DNA of 64,000 nt from Haemophilus sp. (GCF_019423025.1 NZ_JAHZCD010000007.1); one strand, 5' to 3'; positions 38,922 to 49,090 are shown, counted from the stretch's first letter. A program made the numbers and translations. The notes: generated from the letters alone by a model not told the origin.

Positions 38922-39629
38922 ATGAAAAATTTACTTAAACTTTCTGCCATTGCAATTTTAGCGGCAAGCGCAGTCTCTACTTTTGCATCAAACAAAGAAC
39001 CTTACACTGAACAAGGTACGAATGCTCGTGAAATGACAGAGCAAAAACCGATTCACTGGATCTCTGTTGAACAATTGAAAAAAGAATTGGAAGGCAAAGC
39101 ACCCATTAATGTGAGCTTCGACATTGACGATACTGTACTTTTCAGTAGTCCTTGTTTCTATCACGGCCAAGAAAAATACTCACCAGGTAAAAATGATTAC
39201 TTAAAAAATCAAGATTTCTGGAATGAAGTAAATGCGGGTTGTGACCAATATTCTATTCCAAAACAAATTGCGGTAGATTTAATTAATATGCACCAAGCAC
39301 GTGGTGACCAAATTTATTTCATTACGGGTCGTACAGCAGGCGATAAAGATGGTGTGACACCAGTGCTACAAAAAGCCTTTAATATTAAAGACATGCATCC
39401 TGTAGAATTCATGGGTGGTCGCAAACTTCCAACTAAATATAACAAAACACCGGGTATTATTGAGCACAAAGTGAGTATTCACTATGGTGACAGCGATGAC
39501 GATATCCTAGCCGCAAAAGAAGCAGGTATTCGTGGTATTCGTTTAATGCGTGCAGCAAACTCTACTTACCAACCAATGCCAACCCTTGGTGGCTACGGCG
39601 AAGAAGTATTGATTAACTCAAACTACTAA
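38922..39629 (+). CDS. aphA: Class B acid phosphatase AphA
   Basis: Signal peptide. DDDD-superfamily motifs FDIDDTVLFSSP and YGDSDDDI. 235 aa. Confidence 0.9.
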   Translation: MKNLLKLSAIAILAASAVSTFASNKEPYTEQGTNAREMTEQKPIHWISVEQLKKELEGKAPINVSFDIDDTVLFSSPCFYHGQEKYSPGKNDYLKNQDFWNEVNAGCDQYSIPKQIAVDLINMHQARGDQIYFITGRTAGDKDGVTPVLQKAFNIKDMHPVEFMGGRKLPTKYNKTPGIIEHKVSIHYGDSDDDILAAKEAGIRGIRLMRAANSTYQPMPTLGGYGEEVLINSNY

Positions 39630-39636
39630 TCTTTAT

Positions 39637-39668
39637 AAAAAAAGTGCGGTTATTTTGACCGCACTTTT
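39637..39668 (+). terminator. USS-pair terminator of aphA
   Basis: aaaaaaagtgcggt-tattttg-accgcactttt. Confidence 0.8.
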
Positions 39669-39746
39669 CTTATCTAATTAACAATCTTAATTTTTAAAAA
39701 GTTTCTGGGAATATGCTAAAATTTTTGCGTTTCTAGGAGCCTATTT

Positions 39747-41357
39747 ATGTCAGAACTCACGTCTAATCAATATTTAATCATCATTGCCGTGCTGGTTTTT
39801 ATCAGTATTGTGATGCTTTTTCTATTAAGCCGCAGCAAACGAGATACGCAAGAATTACAACAAGATCTCAATAAAACTATCGAAGATTACAATCAATTAG
39901 CGGAGCGTTTTGATTCTTTAAGTGCGGTCAAAAATCAATTAGAACAACAAGCCGTTAAAGCGCAAACTCATGCAGAAGGTTTGCAAACTCGCCTTAATGA
40001 ACGTGATGAAAAAATCCAATATTTAGAAAAAGAATTAGATGAAGAGCAACTCCGTCACGATCAAATTGGCGGGCAAATCACCGCATTAAAAGAACGTTTT
40101 GGGATAGCATCTGCACAAGCCGAAAGCTTGCAAGGTCAATTACAACAAGCTCAGGAAAATCTACTTAGAAAAGAACAAGAGCAGCAAAAAACGCAGGAAA
40201 AATTGACCGCACTTTCACAGGAATTAACAGAGCTCAAAACCACGCTTTCCGAAAAAGAAAAACATTTTGCTGAACAGCAACAGCATATTGAACAATCCAA
40301 ACAACAGCTTGGCGTAGAGTTCCAAAATCTGGCCAACCGCATTTTGGAAGAAAAAAGCCAATCCTTTAATCAAACCAATCAGACGGCATTGGAAACCTTG
40401 TTGAAGCCCTTCCGTGAACAAATCGAAGGCTTTCAAAAACGAGTCAATGAAATCCATTCGGAATCAGTAAAAGGCAATGCGGGTTTAGAAGCGGAAATCA
40501 AAAAGGTGTTGGAAATTGGCTTAAACATGTCGAAAGAAGCCAATAATTTAACCTCTGCACTAAAAGGTGAAAAGAAAACCTTAGGCAACTGGGGAGAAGT
40601 ACAACTTGAGCGCGCACTTCAGTTGGCTGGTTTAATTGAGAACTTGCATTACAGTGCGCAGGCCCATTTTAAAGATGAGCAGGGCGGACGAAACTATCCT
40701 GATTTTGTACTGAATCTACCCGATGAGAAAAACATCATCATTGATAGCAAAATGTCGTTAAATGCTTACGAAAATGCGGTCAATTCTGAGGATGAATTCG
40801 AACGTGAGCGTTTACTAAGGGAGCATATTAAAGCCCTGAAAAATCACATTGATGACTTGCACCGCAAGGATTACAGCAATTTGATTGGCATGCGCAGTCC
40901 TAATTTTGTCTTGATGTTCATCGCTGTGGAACCTGCTTATATTGAAGCCTTAAAATTAGATCCAAGTCTGTTTAATTATGGCTATGAGAAAAATGTGATT
41001 ATGGTTTCACACACGACCCTTATGCCAATTTTGCGTACTGTGGCAAATTTGTGGCGTATCGAACGCGGCAACGCCGAAGCGAAAGAAATCGCAGAAAAAG
41101 CAGGGGAAATTTATAACCAAATTTGCTTGGTGGCAGAGCGCTTGAATAAACTGGGCAACACGCTTTCCACTGTGAGCAATCAATACAACAGCACTGTCAC
41201 CGCCCTTGTGGGGCAACAAGGTTTAGTGGGGAAAGTAGAACGCTTTAAAGACTTGTCAGCGAAGGCTAACAAGACTATGCCAAACATTGAATTGCTCAAT
41301 AATGACGTGGATTTAACACGCCTATCCCTTATCACCACCGAGAACGGGGTAAAATAA
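39747..41357 (+). CDS. rmuC: DNA recombination protein RmuC
   Basis: N-terminal TM helix. Long Q/E-rich coiled coil. C-terminal RmuC nuclease-like domain (PDFVLNLPDEKNIIIDSKMSL). Confidence 0.9.
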   Translation: MSELTSNQYLIIIAVLVFISIVMLFLLSRSKRDTQELQQDLNKTIEDYNQLAERFDSLSAVKNQLEQQAVKAQTHAEGLQTRLNERDEKIQYLEKELDEEQLRHDQIGGQITALKERFGIASAQAESLQGQLQQAQENLLRKEQEQQKTQEKLTALSQELTELKTTLSEKEKHFAEQQQHIEQSKQQLGVEFQNLANRILEEKSQSFNQTNQTALETLLKPFREQIEGFQKRVNEIHSESVKGNAGLEAEIKKVLEIGLNMSKEANNLTSALKGEKKTLGNWGEVQLERALQLAGLIENLHYSAQAHFKDEQGGRNYPDFVLNLPDEKNIIIDSKMSLNAYENAVNSEDEFERERLLREHIKALKNHIDDLHRKDYSNLIGMRSPNFVLMFIAVEPAYIEALKLDPSLFNYGYEKNVIMVSHTTLMPILRTVANLWRIERGNAEAKEIAEKAGEIYNQICLVAERLNKLGNTLSTVSNQYNSTVTALVGQQGLVGKVERFKDLSAKANKTMPNIELLNNDVDLTRLSLITTENGVK

Positions 41358-41381
41358 AGCATACCTGTTGAATTTTTCTTT

Positions 41382-41409
41382 AAAAGCGGCTATTTTCTTG
41401 CCGCTTTTT
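41382..41409 (+). terminator. Terminator of rmuC
   Basis: aaaagcggc-tattttctt-gccgctttt followed by tattt. Confidence 0.7.
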
Positions 41410-41438
41410 ATTTAAATTTTTTATTTGTGGGGAATTTT

Positions 41439-41996
41439 ATGGCGACAGAACAAAAAGAAATCACGGATCCATGTGCAAAATATAACGAACAAACCAGTTT
41501 TCTAAGCAAAACGATTTTTGCAAGTCGTTGGTTACAAGCGCCTATTTATTTAGGTTTAATTGTTGTACAAGGCATCTATGCCTACAAGTTTATGAAAAAC
41601 TTGTGGTATATCATCACCAATGTTAATGAAATGGATGCGGACACCATCATGCTCGCCGTCCTCAATCTCATTGATGTGGTGATGATTGCAAGCTTATTGG
41701 TAATGGTAACATTAGGCGGTTATGAGATTTTCGTCTCAAAACTACGCACGAAAAACCACCCTGATCAACCTGAATGGATGAGCCATGTGAATGCGACCGT
41801 ACTGAAAGTTAAACTTTCTATGTCAATTATCAGCATTTCGTCTATTCACTTATTGCAAACTTTTGTAAATGCCTCAAAAATTCCTGAAAAAACGATTATG
41901 TGGGAAGTGATTATTCATTTTTCTTTCTTGATTTCAGCGATTGCGATGGCCTATACCGACAAAATTCTGTACAGTACAAGTCACAAAAACCATTAA
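41439..41996 (+). CDS. yqhA: UPF0114 inner membrane protein YqhA
   Basis: [14 protein letters not shown] and [10 protein letters not shown] parallel E. coli YqhA. ATG 41439 preferred over the track GTG at 41427. Confidence 0.85.
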   Translation: MATEQKEITDPCAKYNEQTSFLSKTIFASRWLQAPIYLGLIVVQGIYAYKFMKNLWYIITNVNEMDADTIMLAVLNLIDVVMIASLLVMVTLGGYEIFVSKLRTKNHPDQPEWMSHVNATVLKVKLSMSIISISSIHLLQTFVNASKIPEKTIMWEVIIHFSFLISAIAMAYTDKILYSTSHKNH

Positions 41997-42001
41997 TACA
42001 C

Positions 42002-42032
42002 AAAGTGCGGTCAAAATTGACTGCACTTTTTT
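42002..42032 (+). terminator. USS-derived terminator of yqhA
   Basis: aaagtgcggtc-aaaatt-gactgcactttttt (the second arm is a 1-mismatch USS). Confidence 0.75.
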
Positions 42033-42143
42033 ATTTAAACCTATAAAAATATTCACTTTATACTTACAATAAAATTTGATAACCTGAGTAAATCACTATA
42101 TTATTTTCACGTACCTTTATCTCTTAATAAGGAAATATATCTC

Positions 42144-43031
42144 ATGTTATCTCATAAGATTAAGCTAATTTGTCTCACGGCATTCACGCTCCTTTTAACA
42201 AGTTGTTCAACAATGTATAACCCATTAGACACCTTATACTGGCATGATAAAGAAGACTATGAGTTTTTTGCTCGAAAACGTTTACCAGATGAATCTTATC
42301 AATGCTTTAAAGACAATGAAAGAAGTTATATTCACGCTTATCGACTTGCTCTTTATGATTTACAAACCTATGAAGTTGGCAGAAACGCTAGAACAATCTT
42401 TCTGACAACAGAAAAAGTATATACTGGTGGCCATACATGGACTTATGTATTTACGGATGCAAACCATAAAATCACATCGATTAGAGATGCCACCGGGTTT
42501 GGCGACATTGAAAAAGAATTTGGTTGTGGTGAATATCAAGAAGCAGTAAAAATTGCTACGCCAGAAGAACTAAAAAAACGCAAAATTAAACCTAGATTAT
42601 GGGCAGCTATTGCTCGTTCTCCAGAAATTAATAAAATGATGTGGGCTTCAGATGCTGCCTATAGTACGCTTGAACAGGCGAAACAAGATGCACTAAAACA
42701 GTGTCAAGAGTATGGAGGTAAAGACTGCCAATTAGCGATTGGTATAAGTAATATGTGTCTAGGACTAGCTAGTGGTAGAGATAGTAGTGGTTTGAGAGAT
42801 TACTTCGGAAATAGCATCATTCCTGAGCACGCTAAAGAAATGGCGGTTGAAAATTGCCAAGCAAAAGGAGGCTCATCTTGTGAACCAAGCCCAGCGCCGT
42901 CACTTTGTGCCTTACCGTGCGATATGCTTAAAGATAAAACTTGTAACTTCGATAGCCCTCAGGTCATTATGCCAGGAATTAAAGGCGGGAAACCATTTAA
43001 CGTAGCATTAGATGGTAATGTGCTTAAATAG
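42144..43031 (+). CDS. Hypothetical lipoprotein with a Cys-rich DUF4189-like C-terminal half
   Basis: Lipobox LLTSC. C-terminal repeats of the pattern A..A...C...GG..C (LEQAKQDALKQCQEYGGKDCQLA; AKEMAVENCQAKGGSSCEP). AAGGA RBS. Confidence 0.55.
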   Translation: MLSHKIKLICLTAFTLLLTSCSTMYNPLDTLYWHDKEDYEFFARKRLPDESYQCFKDNERSYIHAYRLALYDLQTYEVGRNARTIFLTTEKVYTGGHTWTYVFTDANHKITSIRDATGFGDIEKEFGCGEYQEAVKIATPEELKKRKIKPRLWAAIARSPEINKMMWASDAAYSTLEQAKQDALKQCQEYGGKDCQLAIGISNMCLGLASGRDSSGLRDYFGNSIIPEHAKEMAVENCQAKGGSSCEPSPAPSLCALPCDMLKDKTCNFDSPQVIMPGIKGGKPFNVALDGNVLK

Positions 43032-43046
43032 TAAATAATATTTTCG

Positions 43047-43075
43047 AAAGTGCGGTCAAATTTGACCGCACTTTT
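43047..43075. terminator. Bidirectional USS-pair terminator between the lipoprotein gene and hslR
   Basis: aaagtgcggtc-aaattt-gaccgcactttt. Confidence 0.8.
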
Positions 43076-43080
43076 GTCTT

Positions 43081-43476
43081 CTAAAACTCATCTTGGTGTT
43101 TAAATTTCAATAAATCTCGACGTTCTTTTTTGTTTGGTCGACGATCAGGATGTGGCATTGAAAGGGCATTATTTTTTCTTGCCCACGCCATTTCCTCGCG
43201 TTTTTTCACACTCTGCGCCGTTTCTTGGTAAAGCAATTGTGCTTCAGGGGCGCCACGACGTTGATCGCTCAAAGCTATCACTTCAATTTCTTTTTCATCG
43301 CTGCCTTGGCGAAGTTTAATCATTGCACCGACTTCGACGGTTTTACTCACTTTTGCACGCTGACCGTTGTAATGGACTTTTCCCCCTTCAATCATCGCTT
43401 TCGCAATGCTACGGGTTTTATAAAAACGCGCCGCCCAAAGCCATTTATCTAACCGTACTTCGTTATTTTCAGCCAT
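43081..43476 (-). CDS. hslR: Ribosome-associated heat shock protein Hsp15
   Basis: S4-like domain VRLDKWLWAARFYKTRS. 131 aa from MAENNEV. The track extension to 43563 was rejected. Confidence 0.9.
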   Translation of the reverse strand: MAENNEVRLDKWLWAARFYKTRSIAKAMIEGGKVHYNGQRAKVSKTVEVGAMIKLRQGSDEKEIEVIALSDQRRGAPEAQLLYQETAQSVKKREEMAWARKNNALSMPHPDRRPNKKERRDLLKFKHQDEF

Positions 43477-43540
43477 AACTCTTCCTATTTCTCTCACTTT
43501 GCGTATGATGAGCCAATGACAAGATAATAGGGCTAATATC

Positions 43541-44089
43541 ATGAAAAAACAACTTCCACACATTCTCTCCCTTTCTACGGTAGCAAAATCCCGTTTGTTT
43601 GAAATTCAAGCTGTCGAACTCAAATTCTCCAATGGAATTGACCGCACTTATGAACGATTCCGCCCTTTCAATCGAGATTCAGTGATGGTGATTGCGATTG
43701 ATGGTGAAGATTTACTCCTCATTCGTGAATACGCGGTCGGAACAGAACAATATGAGTTAGGCTTTGTAAAAGGTGGAATGGATATGGGAGAAACGCCCGA
43801 ACAAAGTGCAAATCGAGAATTGCAGGAAGAAATTGGTTTTGGCGCAAAAAAATGGACATTTTTACGTACCATGAAAATCAATCCACAAATTATGGGACAT
43901 AAAATGCACGTGTTATTAGGTGAAGATCTGTATCCAAATCAACTAGAAGGCGATGAGCCTGAACCATTAGAAATCGTGCGTTATCCTTTATCGCAACTTG
44001 ATACGCTTTTAGTCAGTGATGAATTTAATGAAGCCAGAAACCTAGCCGCACTTTATTCTTTACGAGATTTTTTGAAAAAACGTAAATAA
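43541..44089 (+). CDS. nudE: ADP compounds hydrolase NudE (Nudix)
   Basis: Nudix box GGMDMGETPEQSANRELQEEIGF. 182 aa. Divergent from hslR. Confidence 0.85.
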   Translation: MKKQLPHILSLSTVAKSRLFEIQAVELKFSNGIDRTYERFRPFNRDSVMVIAIDGEDLLLIREYAVGTEQYELGFVKGGMDMGETPEQSANRELQEEIGFGAKKWTFLRTMKINPQIMGHKMHVLLGEDLYPNQLEGDEPEPLEIVRYPLSQLDTLLVSDEFNEARNLAALYSLRDFLKKRK

Positions 44090-44112
44090 ATCGAATAAAT
44101 TTAGATAAATTC

Positions 44113-44128
44113 TAATCGCAAGCGATTA
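44113..44128 (+). promoter_or_regulatory. Operator-like palindrome upstream of the OPT transporter gene
   Basis: taatcgca/agcgatta: 7+7 bp inverted repeat with a 2-nt centre, which is too tight for an RNA hairpin. Confidence 0.3.
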
Positions 44129-44203
44129 ACTTTAAATAAAACTTGCATAAATATTCTTTTTTTGAGAATGTATCGCCATTTTTCAAAATAAACAGGAAAA
44201 TTT

Positions 44204-46204
44204 ATGTCGCATGATAATTTAAAAGAATTGACCTTCCGAGGAATGTTCCTTGGCGCGTTAATTACAGTGATCTTCACTGCATCTAACGTTTATTTAGGTC
44301 TTAAAGTGGGGATGACATTTGCCTCCTCCATTCCTGCTGCTGTTATCTCTATGGCAGTTTTAAAATTCTTCAAGGATTCCAGTATCTTAGAAAATAACAT
44401 GGTGCAAACCCAAGCTTCATCAGCGGGAACATTGTCTTCTGTTATTTTCGTTCTTCCAGGCCTGTTAATGATGGGTTACTGGCAAGAATTTCCATTCTGG
44501 CAAACAGTGCTAATCTGTGCCGCTGGCGGTACATTGGGCGTACTATTTACCATTCCATTACGTCGTGCGATGGTTGTAAACAGCGACTTACCTTACCCTG
44601 AAGGTGTGGCGGCAGCTGAAATCTTAAAAGCAGGTAACAATAGCGAAAGCGACAGTGGTGTAAAAGATATTGCTTACGGCGGTATTTTTGCAGGAACTGT
44701 TGCATTCTTAACCAACGCATTACGTGTCATGTCTGATAGCGCGAGCGCATGGTTCTCTAACGGTAAAGCCGTTTTCCAATTACCGATGGGTTTCTCTCTT
44801 GCCTTAGTGGGTGCGGGTTACTTAATTGGTATCGTGGGCGGTCTTGCCATGTTATTCGGTACATTCCTTGCTTGGGGTATTGCGGTACCTTATTTCACTG
44901 CAACAGGCGATATGCCAACGGATGCCTCTATTGTTAGTTATGCCATGGCTGAATGGAAAACGAAAGTTCGCTTTATCGGTGTGGGTACTATCGGTATTGC
45001 GGCAATTTGGACATTATTAATCCTTTTCAAACCAATGATTGAAGGGATGGTTCATTCTTTCCGTATGTTAAAAGGCTCACAAGCTGAGTCAGAACATCGT
45101 ATTGATATCGACTTATCGCCAAAAACTATCATTTACATTTTATTGGCGACTGTCGTGCTAATCGTGATTTCTTTATATCACTTCATTGCAGCCGCACCAA
45201 TTTCTGCTGAGCTTGCCGTGTTATTAGTAGTTGTTTGTACGCTACTCGCGGTGTTAATTGGTTTCTTCGTTGCAGCAGCGTCTGGTTATATGGCTGGACT
45301 TGTGGGCTCATCTTCTAGCCCTATTTCTGGTATCGGGATCATTTCTGTTATCGTGATTTCACTTGTTTTAGTGACCATTGGTAAAAGCAGTGGTTTATTT
45401 GAAACAGCTGACGGTCAAAAATTCTTAACGGCATTGACCTTATTCACGGCATCTATCGTATTAACTACAGCAACTATTTCAAACGATAACTTACAAGACT
45501 TAAAAACCGGTCTTCTAGTTGAAGCGACCCCTTGGAGACAACAGGTTGCATTGATTATTGGTTGTTTCGTTGGTGCATTAGTGATTGCACCGGTATTAGA
45601 AATTTTATACCACGCTTATGGTTTCACTGGCGCATTACCACGCCCAGATATGGATCCAGCACAAGCGCTTTCAGCGCCACAAGCAACCCTTATGACCACC
45701 ATTTCACAAGGTATTTTCACCGACCATTTAGAATGGACCTACATTTTAACAGGTGTAGGTTTAGGTATTGTATTGATCATTGTGGATGCATTCATGCGTA
45801 AAACCAGTGACAGCCGCTTTGCCTTACCAGTATTAGCGGTTGGGATTGGTATCTACCTTCCACCATCAATCAATATGCCGGTTGTGGTCGGTGCGGTAAT
45901 GGCATGGTTTATCACCCGTCACATTAAAAACTATGCAAAACGCACTAACGATACTGAAGTAGAGAAAAAAGCAGAACGTTTCGGCACACTTTTCGCTGCG
46001 GGTTTAATTGTGGGTGAAAGCTTGATGGGCGTCATCTTAGCCTTCATTATTGCGGCATCTGTAACATCTGGCGGATCTGAAGCACCATTAGCCTTGGCGT
46101 TAGAAAACTGGGATAATATGGGCGAATTACTCGGTCTTGCCGTGTTTATCTTCGGTGTCTTTATTTTCGTTTCTCGTGTATTACGTGCGAAGAAATCAAA
46201 ATAA
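44204..46204 (+). CDS. OPT-family oligopeptide transporter
   Basis: 666-aa polytopic protein. N-terminal ELTFRGMFLGALITVIFTASNVYLGLKVGMTFASSIPAAVISM is typical of bacterial OPT proteins. Confidence 0.85.
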   Translation: MSHDNLKELTFRGMFLGALITVIFTASNVYLGLKVGMTFASSIPAAVISMAVLKFFKDSSILENNMVQTQASSAGTLSSVIFVLPGLLMMGYWQEFPFWQTVLICAAGGTLGVLFTIPLRRAMVVNSDLPYPEGVAAAEILKAGNNSESDSGVKDIAYGGIFAGTVAFLTNALRVMSDSASAWFSNGKAVFQLPMGFSLALVGAGYLIGIVGGLAMLFGTFLAWGIAVPYFTATGDMPTDASIVSYAMAEWKTKVRFIGVGTIGIAAIWTLLILFKPMIEGMVHSFRMLKGSQAESEHRIDIDLSPKTIIYILLATVVLIVISLYHFIAAAPISAELAVLLVVVCTLLAVLIGFFVAAASGYMAGLVGSSSSPISGIGIISVIVISLVLVTIGKSSGLFETADGQKFLTALTLFTASIVLTTATISNDNLQDLKTGLLVEATPWRQQVALIIGCFVGALVIAPVLEILYHAYGFTGALPRPDMDPAQALSAPQATLMTTISQGIFTDHLEWTYILTGVGLGIVLIIVDAFMRKTSDSRFALPVLAVGIGIYLPPSINMPVVVGAVMAWFITRHIKNYAKRTNDTEVEKKAERFGTLFAAGLIVGESLMGVILAFIIAASVTSGGSEAPLALALENWDNMGELLGLAVFIFGVFIFVSRVLRAKKSK

Positions 46205-46213
46205 TGGATGAAA

Positions 46214-46241
46214 ATAGGCTGTCCTCGGATAGCCTATTTTT
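46214..46241 (+). terminator. Hairpin with T-run after the OPT gene (possible partial terminator)
   Basis: ataggct-N10-agcctat followed by ttttt. The next gene starts 14 nt later. Confidence 0.45.
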
Positions 46242-46254
46242 CTAGGAGCTTAAG

Positions 46255-46659
46255 GTGTCAACGCAATCCCCTTATCTAAAAGCAATTATCATCTTCCCAT
46301 TGGTTACACAGCTAATCGGTAGCATTATTGCTTATGTCGCTTTCGGAATGGACTACTGCAAAGAAGGCAACTTCGATGCCGCATTATTTGGTTTCTTTCT
46401 AACATTTTGGCCTCTCACCGTGCCAGCAATAATCAATGCTTACTTTGCTAAATACCGCGGCTATCTACGTCATCAGTGGAATAAAATTCTCATTTTTTCA
46501 TTCATCATTCTTTTTTGTTATTGGAGTATCGGCAACCTTCTCATCGCACAAAATACTCAATATCTGACTGACCGCGTATTATTTGTCTTAGAGGGTTCTG
46601 TCATCCTGGCAATCTATACGACAATTTTCCTCTCCTTGTTATTACCGAAATCAAAGTAG
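46255..46659 (+). CDS. Hypothetical 4-TM membrane protein
   Basis: 134-aa hydrophobic ORF. AGGAG lies 6 nt before GTG 46255. No family recognised. Confidence 0.45.
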   Translation: MSTQSPYLKAIIIFPLVTQLIGSIIAYVAFGMDYCKEGNFDAALFGFFLTFWPLTVPAIINAYFAKYRGYLRHQWNKILIFSFIILFCYWSIGNLLIAQNTQYLTDRVLFVLEGSVILAIYTTIFLSLLLPKSK

Positions 46660-46668
46660 GAAATAAAC

Positions 46669-47475
46669 ATGCAATTATCTCAATCTCTTCTCGATCAAGT
46701 CCGTGCACTCGCTAATGAAGCGGGAAAACATTTAGCTCATTTTTACCAACAGGATGTAAAAATACAAACTAAATCGGATAACACCCCTGTCACGGAAGCA
46801 GATTTATTTGTCAGCCAATTTTTAATCAAAAAACTGACCGCACTTTTCCCTGACATTCCTGTTCTTTCAGAGGAAAACTGCAATATTCCCTTTGAACAAC
46901 GCCAAACTTGGCAAACTTATTGGCTAATCGATCCCCTTGATGGCACGCAGCAATTTATTGATCGCACAGATCAATTCTCCGTATTGATTACACTCGTACA
47001 AAACCATCAACCTGTACTGGGTGTTATCCACTTCCCTATTTTGAATATCACCTATTACGCAATGAAAGGTTTTGGGGCATTCAAGCAAAGCAACAAAGAA
47101 ATAAAAACCTTACAACCCAGAAAAATCGATCTCACCAAACCGTTAAAAATCGCCGTAGGCGCCACTACCTCACAAGAAAAAGTGCGGTCAATTTTAGCAA
47201 AGAATTTGGCATGCGAATTTACGGTGGTGGGTTCGAGCAGTTTGAAAAGCGCTTTGGTTGCTGAGGGAGCTGTTGATTGCTATGTTCGACTCGGTAAAAC
47301 TGGCGAATGGGATACGGCAGGCGCTGAAATTTTATTAGCTGAAATCAATGGAATGATTTTCGATCCGCACTATCAGCCGCTCACCTATAATCAGCGTGAA
47401 AGTTTAATTAATCCCCCCTTTGTGATGGTGGCAGATAATACACAAAATTGGGCATCTGTCTTTCAATTTAATTGA
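46669..47475 (+). CDS. cysQ: 3'(2'),5'-bisphosphate nucleotidase CysQ
   Basis: Inositol-monophosphatase-family motifs VLSEE and WLIDPLDGT. 268 aa. Confidence 0.88.
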   Translation: MQLSQSLLDQVRALANEAGKHLAHFYQQDVKIQTKSDNTPVTEADLFVSQFLIKKLTALFPDIPVLSEENCNIPFEQRQTWQTYWLIDPLDGTQQFIDRTDQFSVLITLVQNHQPVLGVIHFPILNITYYAMKGFGAFKQSNKEIKTLQPRKIDLTKPLKIAVGATTSQEKVRSILAKNLACEFTVVGSSSLKSALVAEGAVDCYVRLGKTGEWDTAGAEILLAEINGMIFDPHYQPLTYNQRESLINPPFVMVADNTQNWASVFQFN

Positions 47476-47547
47476 TTGGTTCGATTGGTAAAGTGCAGTA
47501 ATATATTGCATTATTTAAAAATACTACTCGGAACAATAAGGAATAAT

Positions 47548-49029
47548 ATGCAAACTAATAATAACTGTATCGTGATTTTTGGTGCTTCCGGTGATTTGAC
47601 TCACCGTAAACTCATTCCAGCACTTTATAATCTCTTTAAATTTGGTCGTTTAAACAAATTTTCTGTATTAGGTGTCGCGCGTTCAGAATTAAACGATGAG
47701 ACTTTCCGTGAAAAAATGCGTGAAGCGTTACTTGAAACAGAAGAAACCACACCTGAAACGCTAGACGCTTTTTGTAGTCATCTCTATTACCAAGCGGTAA
47801 ACACATCTGATGCGGCCGATTACGGAAAATTAGTCCCACGTTTAAAAGAATTACATACTAAATATCAAACGAATGGCAACACCCTTTACTATATGTCTAC
47901 GCCACCAAGCTTATATGGTGTGATTCCAGAATGCCTTGCAGCTCATGGTTTAAACACAGAAGAAGACGGTTGGAAACGGATTATTGTCGAAAAACCTTTT
48001 GGTTATGATGAAAAAACCGCACAAGAACTCGACGTCAAAATTCATCGTTTCTTTGAAGAACATCAAATCTATCGTATCGACCATTATCTTGGTAAAGAAA
48101 CCGTACAAAACTTACTTGTTTTACGCTTCTCAAATGGTTTATTCGAACCGCTTTGGAACCGTAATTACATTGATTATGTCGAAATTACGGGAGCCGAAGC
48201 CATTGGTGTAGAAGAACGTGGTGGCTATTATGATGGTTCCGGTGCAATGCGTGACATGTTCCAAAACCACTTATTACAAGTTTTAGCCATGGTTGCCATG
48301 GAACCACCTGCTATCATTAATGCGAACTCAATGCGTGATGAAGTGGCCAAAGTCATGCACTCTTTACGTCCATTAACGCAAGATGACGTTGAGCATAATT
48401 TAGTGCTAGGTCAATACATCGCAGCAGAAATTGATGGCAAAGAAGTCAAAGGTTATTTACAAGAAAAAGGCGTGCCGTCTAACTCTCGCACTGAAACCTT
48501 TATGGCTTTACGTTGCGAAATCGAAAACTGGCGTTGGGCGGGCGTACCTTTCTATGTACGTACAGGTAAACGCTTACCAGCACGTGTGACGGAAATTGTG
48601 ATTCACTTTAAAACCACACCACATCCAGTATTCAGTCAAAATGCGCCTGAGAATAAATTGATCATCCGTATTCAACCTGATGAAGCCATTTCAATGCGCT
48701 TCGGTTTGAAAAAACCAGGGGCAGGCTTTGAAGCCAAAGAAGTCTCAATGGATTTCCGTTATGCTGATTTAGCCGATGACCAAGTCCTGACGGCTTATGA
48801 GCGCTTATTGCTCGATGCGATGAAAGGTGATGCAACACTCTTCGCTCGTACTGATGCCGTTCATGCTGCATGGAAATTCGTTCAACCAATTTTAGACTAC
48901 AAAGAAGCGGGCGGCCGAGTTCATGAATATGAAGCGGGAACTTGGGGACCTGTTGCGGCGGAAAAACTTATCGCAAAAAGTGGTCGTGTATGGCGTAAAC
49001 CAAGCGGCAAAATGAAGAAAAAGGTTTAA
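47548..49029 (+). CDS. zwf: Glucose-6-phosphate 1-dehydrogenase
   Basis: [17 protein letters not shown] motif and RIDHYLGKE active-site motif. AAGGA RBS before ATG 47548. The track TTG start at 47476 was rejected. Confidence 0.96.
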   Translation: MQTNNNCIVIFGASGDLTHRKLIPALYNLFKFGRLNKFSVLGVARSELNDETFREKMREALLETEETTPETLDAFCSHLYYQAVNTSDAADYGKLVPRLKELHTKYQTNGNTLYYMSTPPSLYGVIPECLAAHGLNTEEDGWKRIIVEKPFGYDEKTAQELDVKIHRFFEEHQIYRIDHYLGKETVQNLLVLRFSNGLFEPLWNRNYIDYVEITGAEAIGVEERGGYYDGSGAMRDMFQNHLLQVLAMVAMEPPAIINANSMRDEVAKVMHSLRPLTQDDVEHNLVLGQYIAAEIDGKEVKGYLQEKGVPSNSRTETFMALRCEIENWRWAGVPFYVRTGKRLPARVTEIVIHFKTTPHPVFSQNAPENKLIIRIQPDEAISMRFGLKKPGAGFEAKEVSMDFRYADLADDQVLTAYERLLLDAMKGDATLFARTDAVHAAWKFVQPILDYKEAGGRVHEYEAGTWGPVAAEKLIAKSGRVWRKPSGKMKKKV

Positions 49030-49090
49030 TTATTAATATCTCGCCTTCTTCAATAGGAGAAGGCTTATCACCGAATAGAGAGAAGCGAAC

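Noticed and set aside
39747-41357. RmuC, and also RapA (SNF2, 57364..60129) and SrmB (DEAD, 53927..55255), as possible defence-system nuclease or helicase components
   Set aside because: Each is full-length and sits in its conserved housekeeping context (rapA-rluA, srmB-yfiC, monocistronic rmuC). None has an associated methylase, nuclease, toxin or mobile-element partner.
49044-49065. Hairpin gccttct-N8-agaaggc between zwf and pgl
   Set aside because: The stem is only 7 bp and no T-run follows. It is probably incidental, or at most a weak processing or attenuation element.
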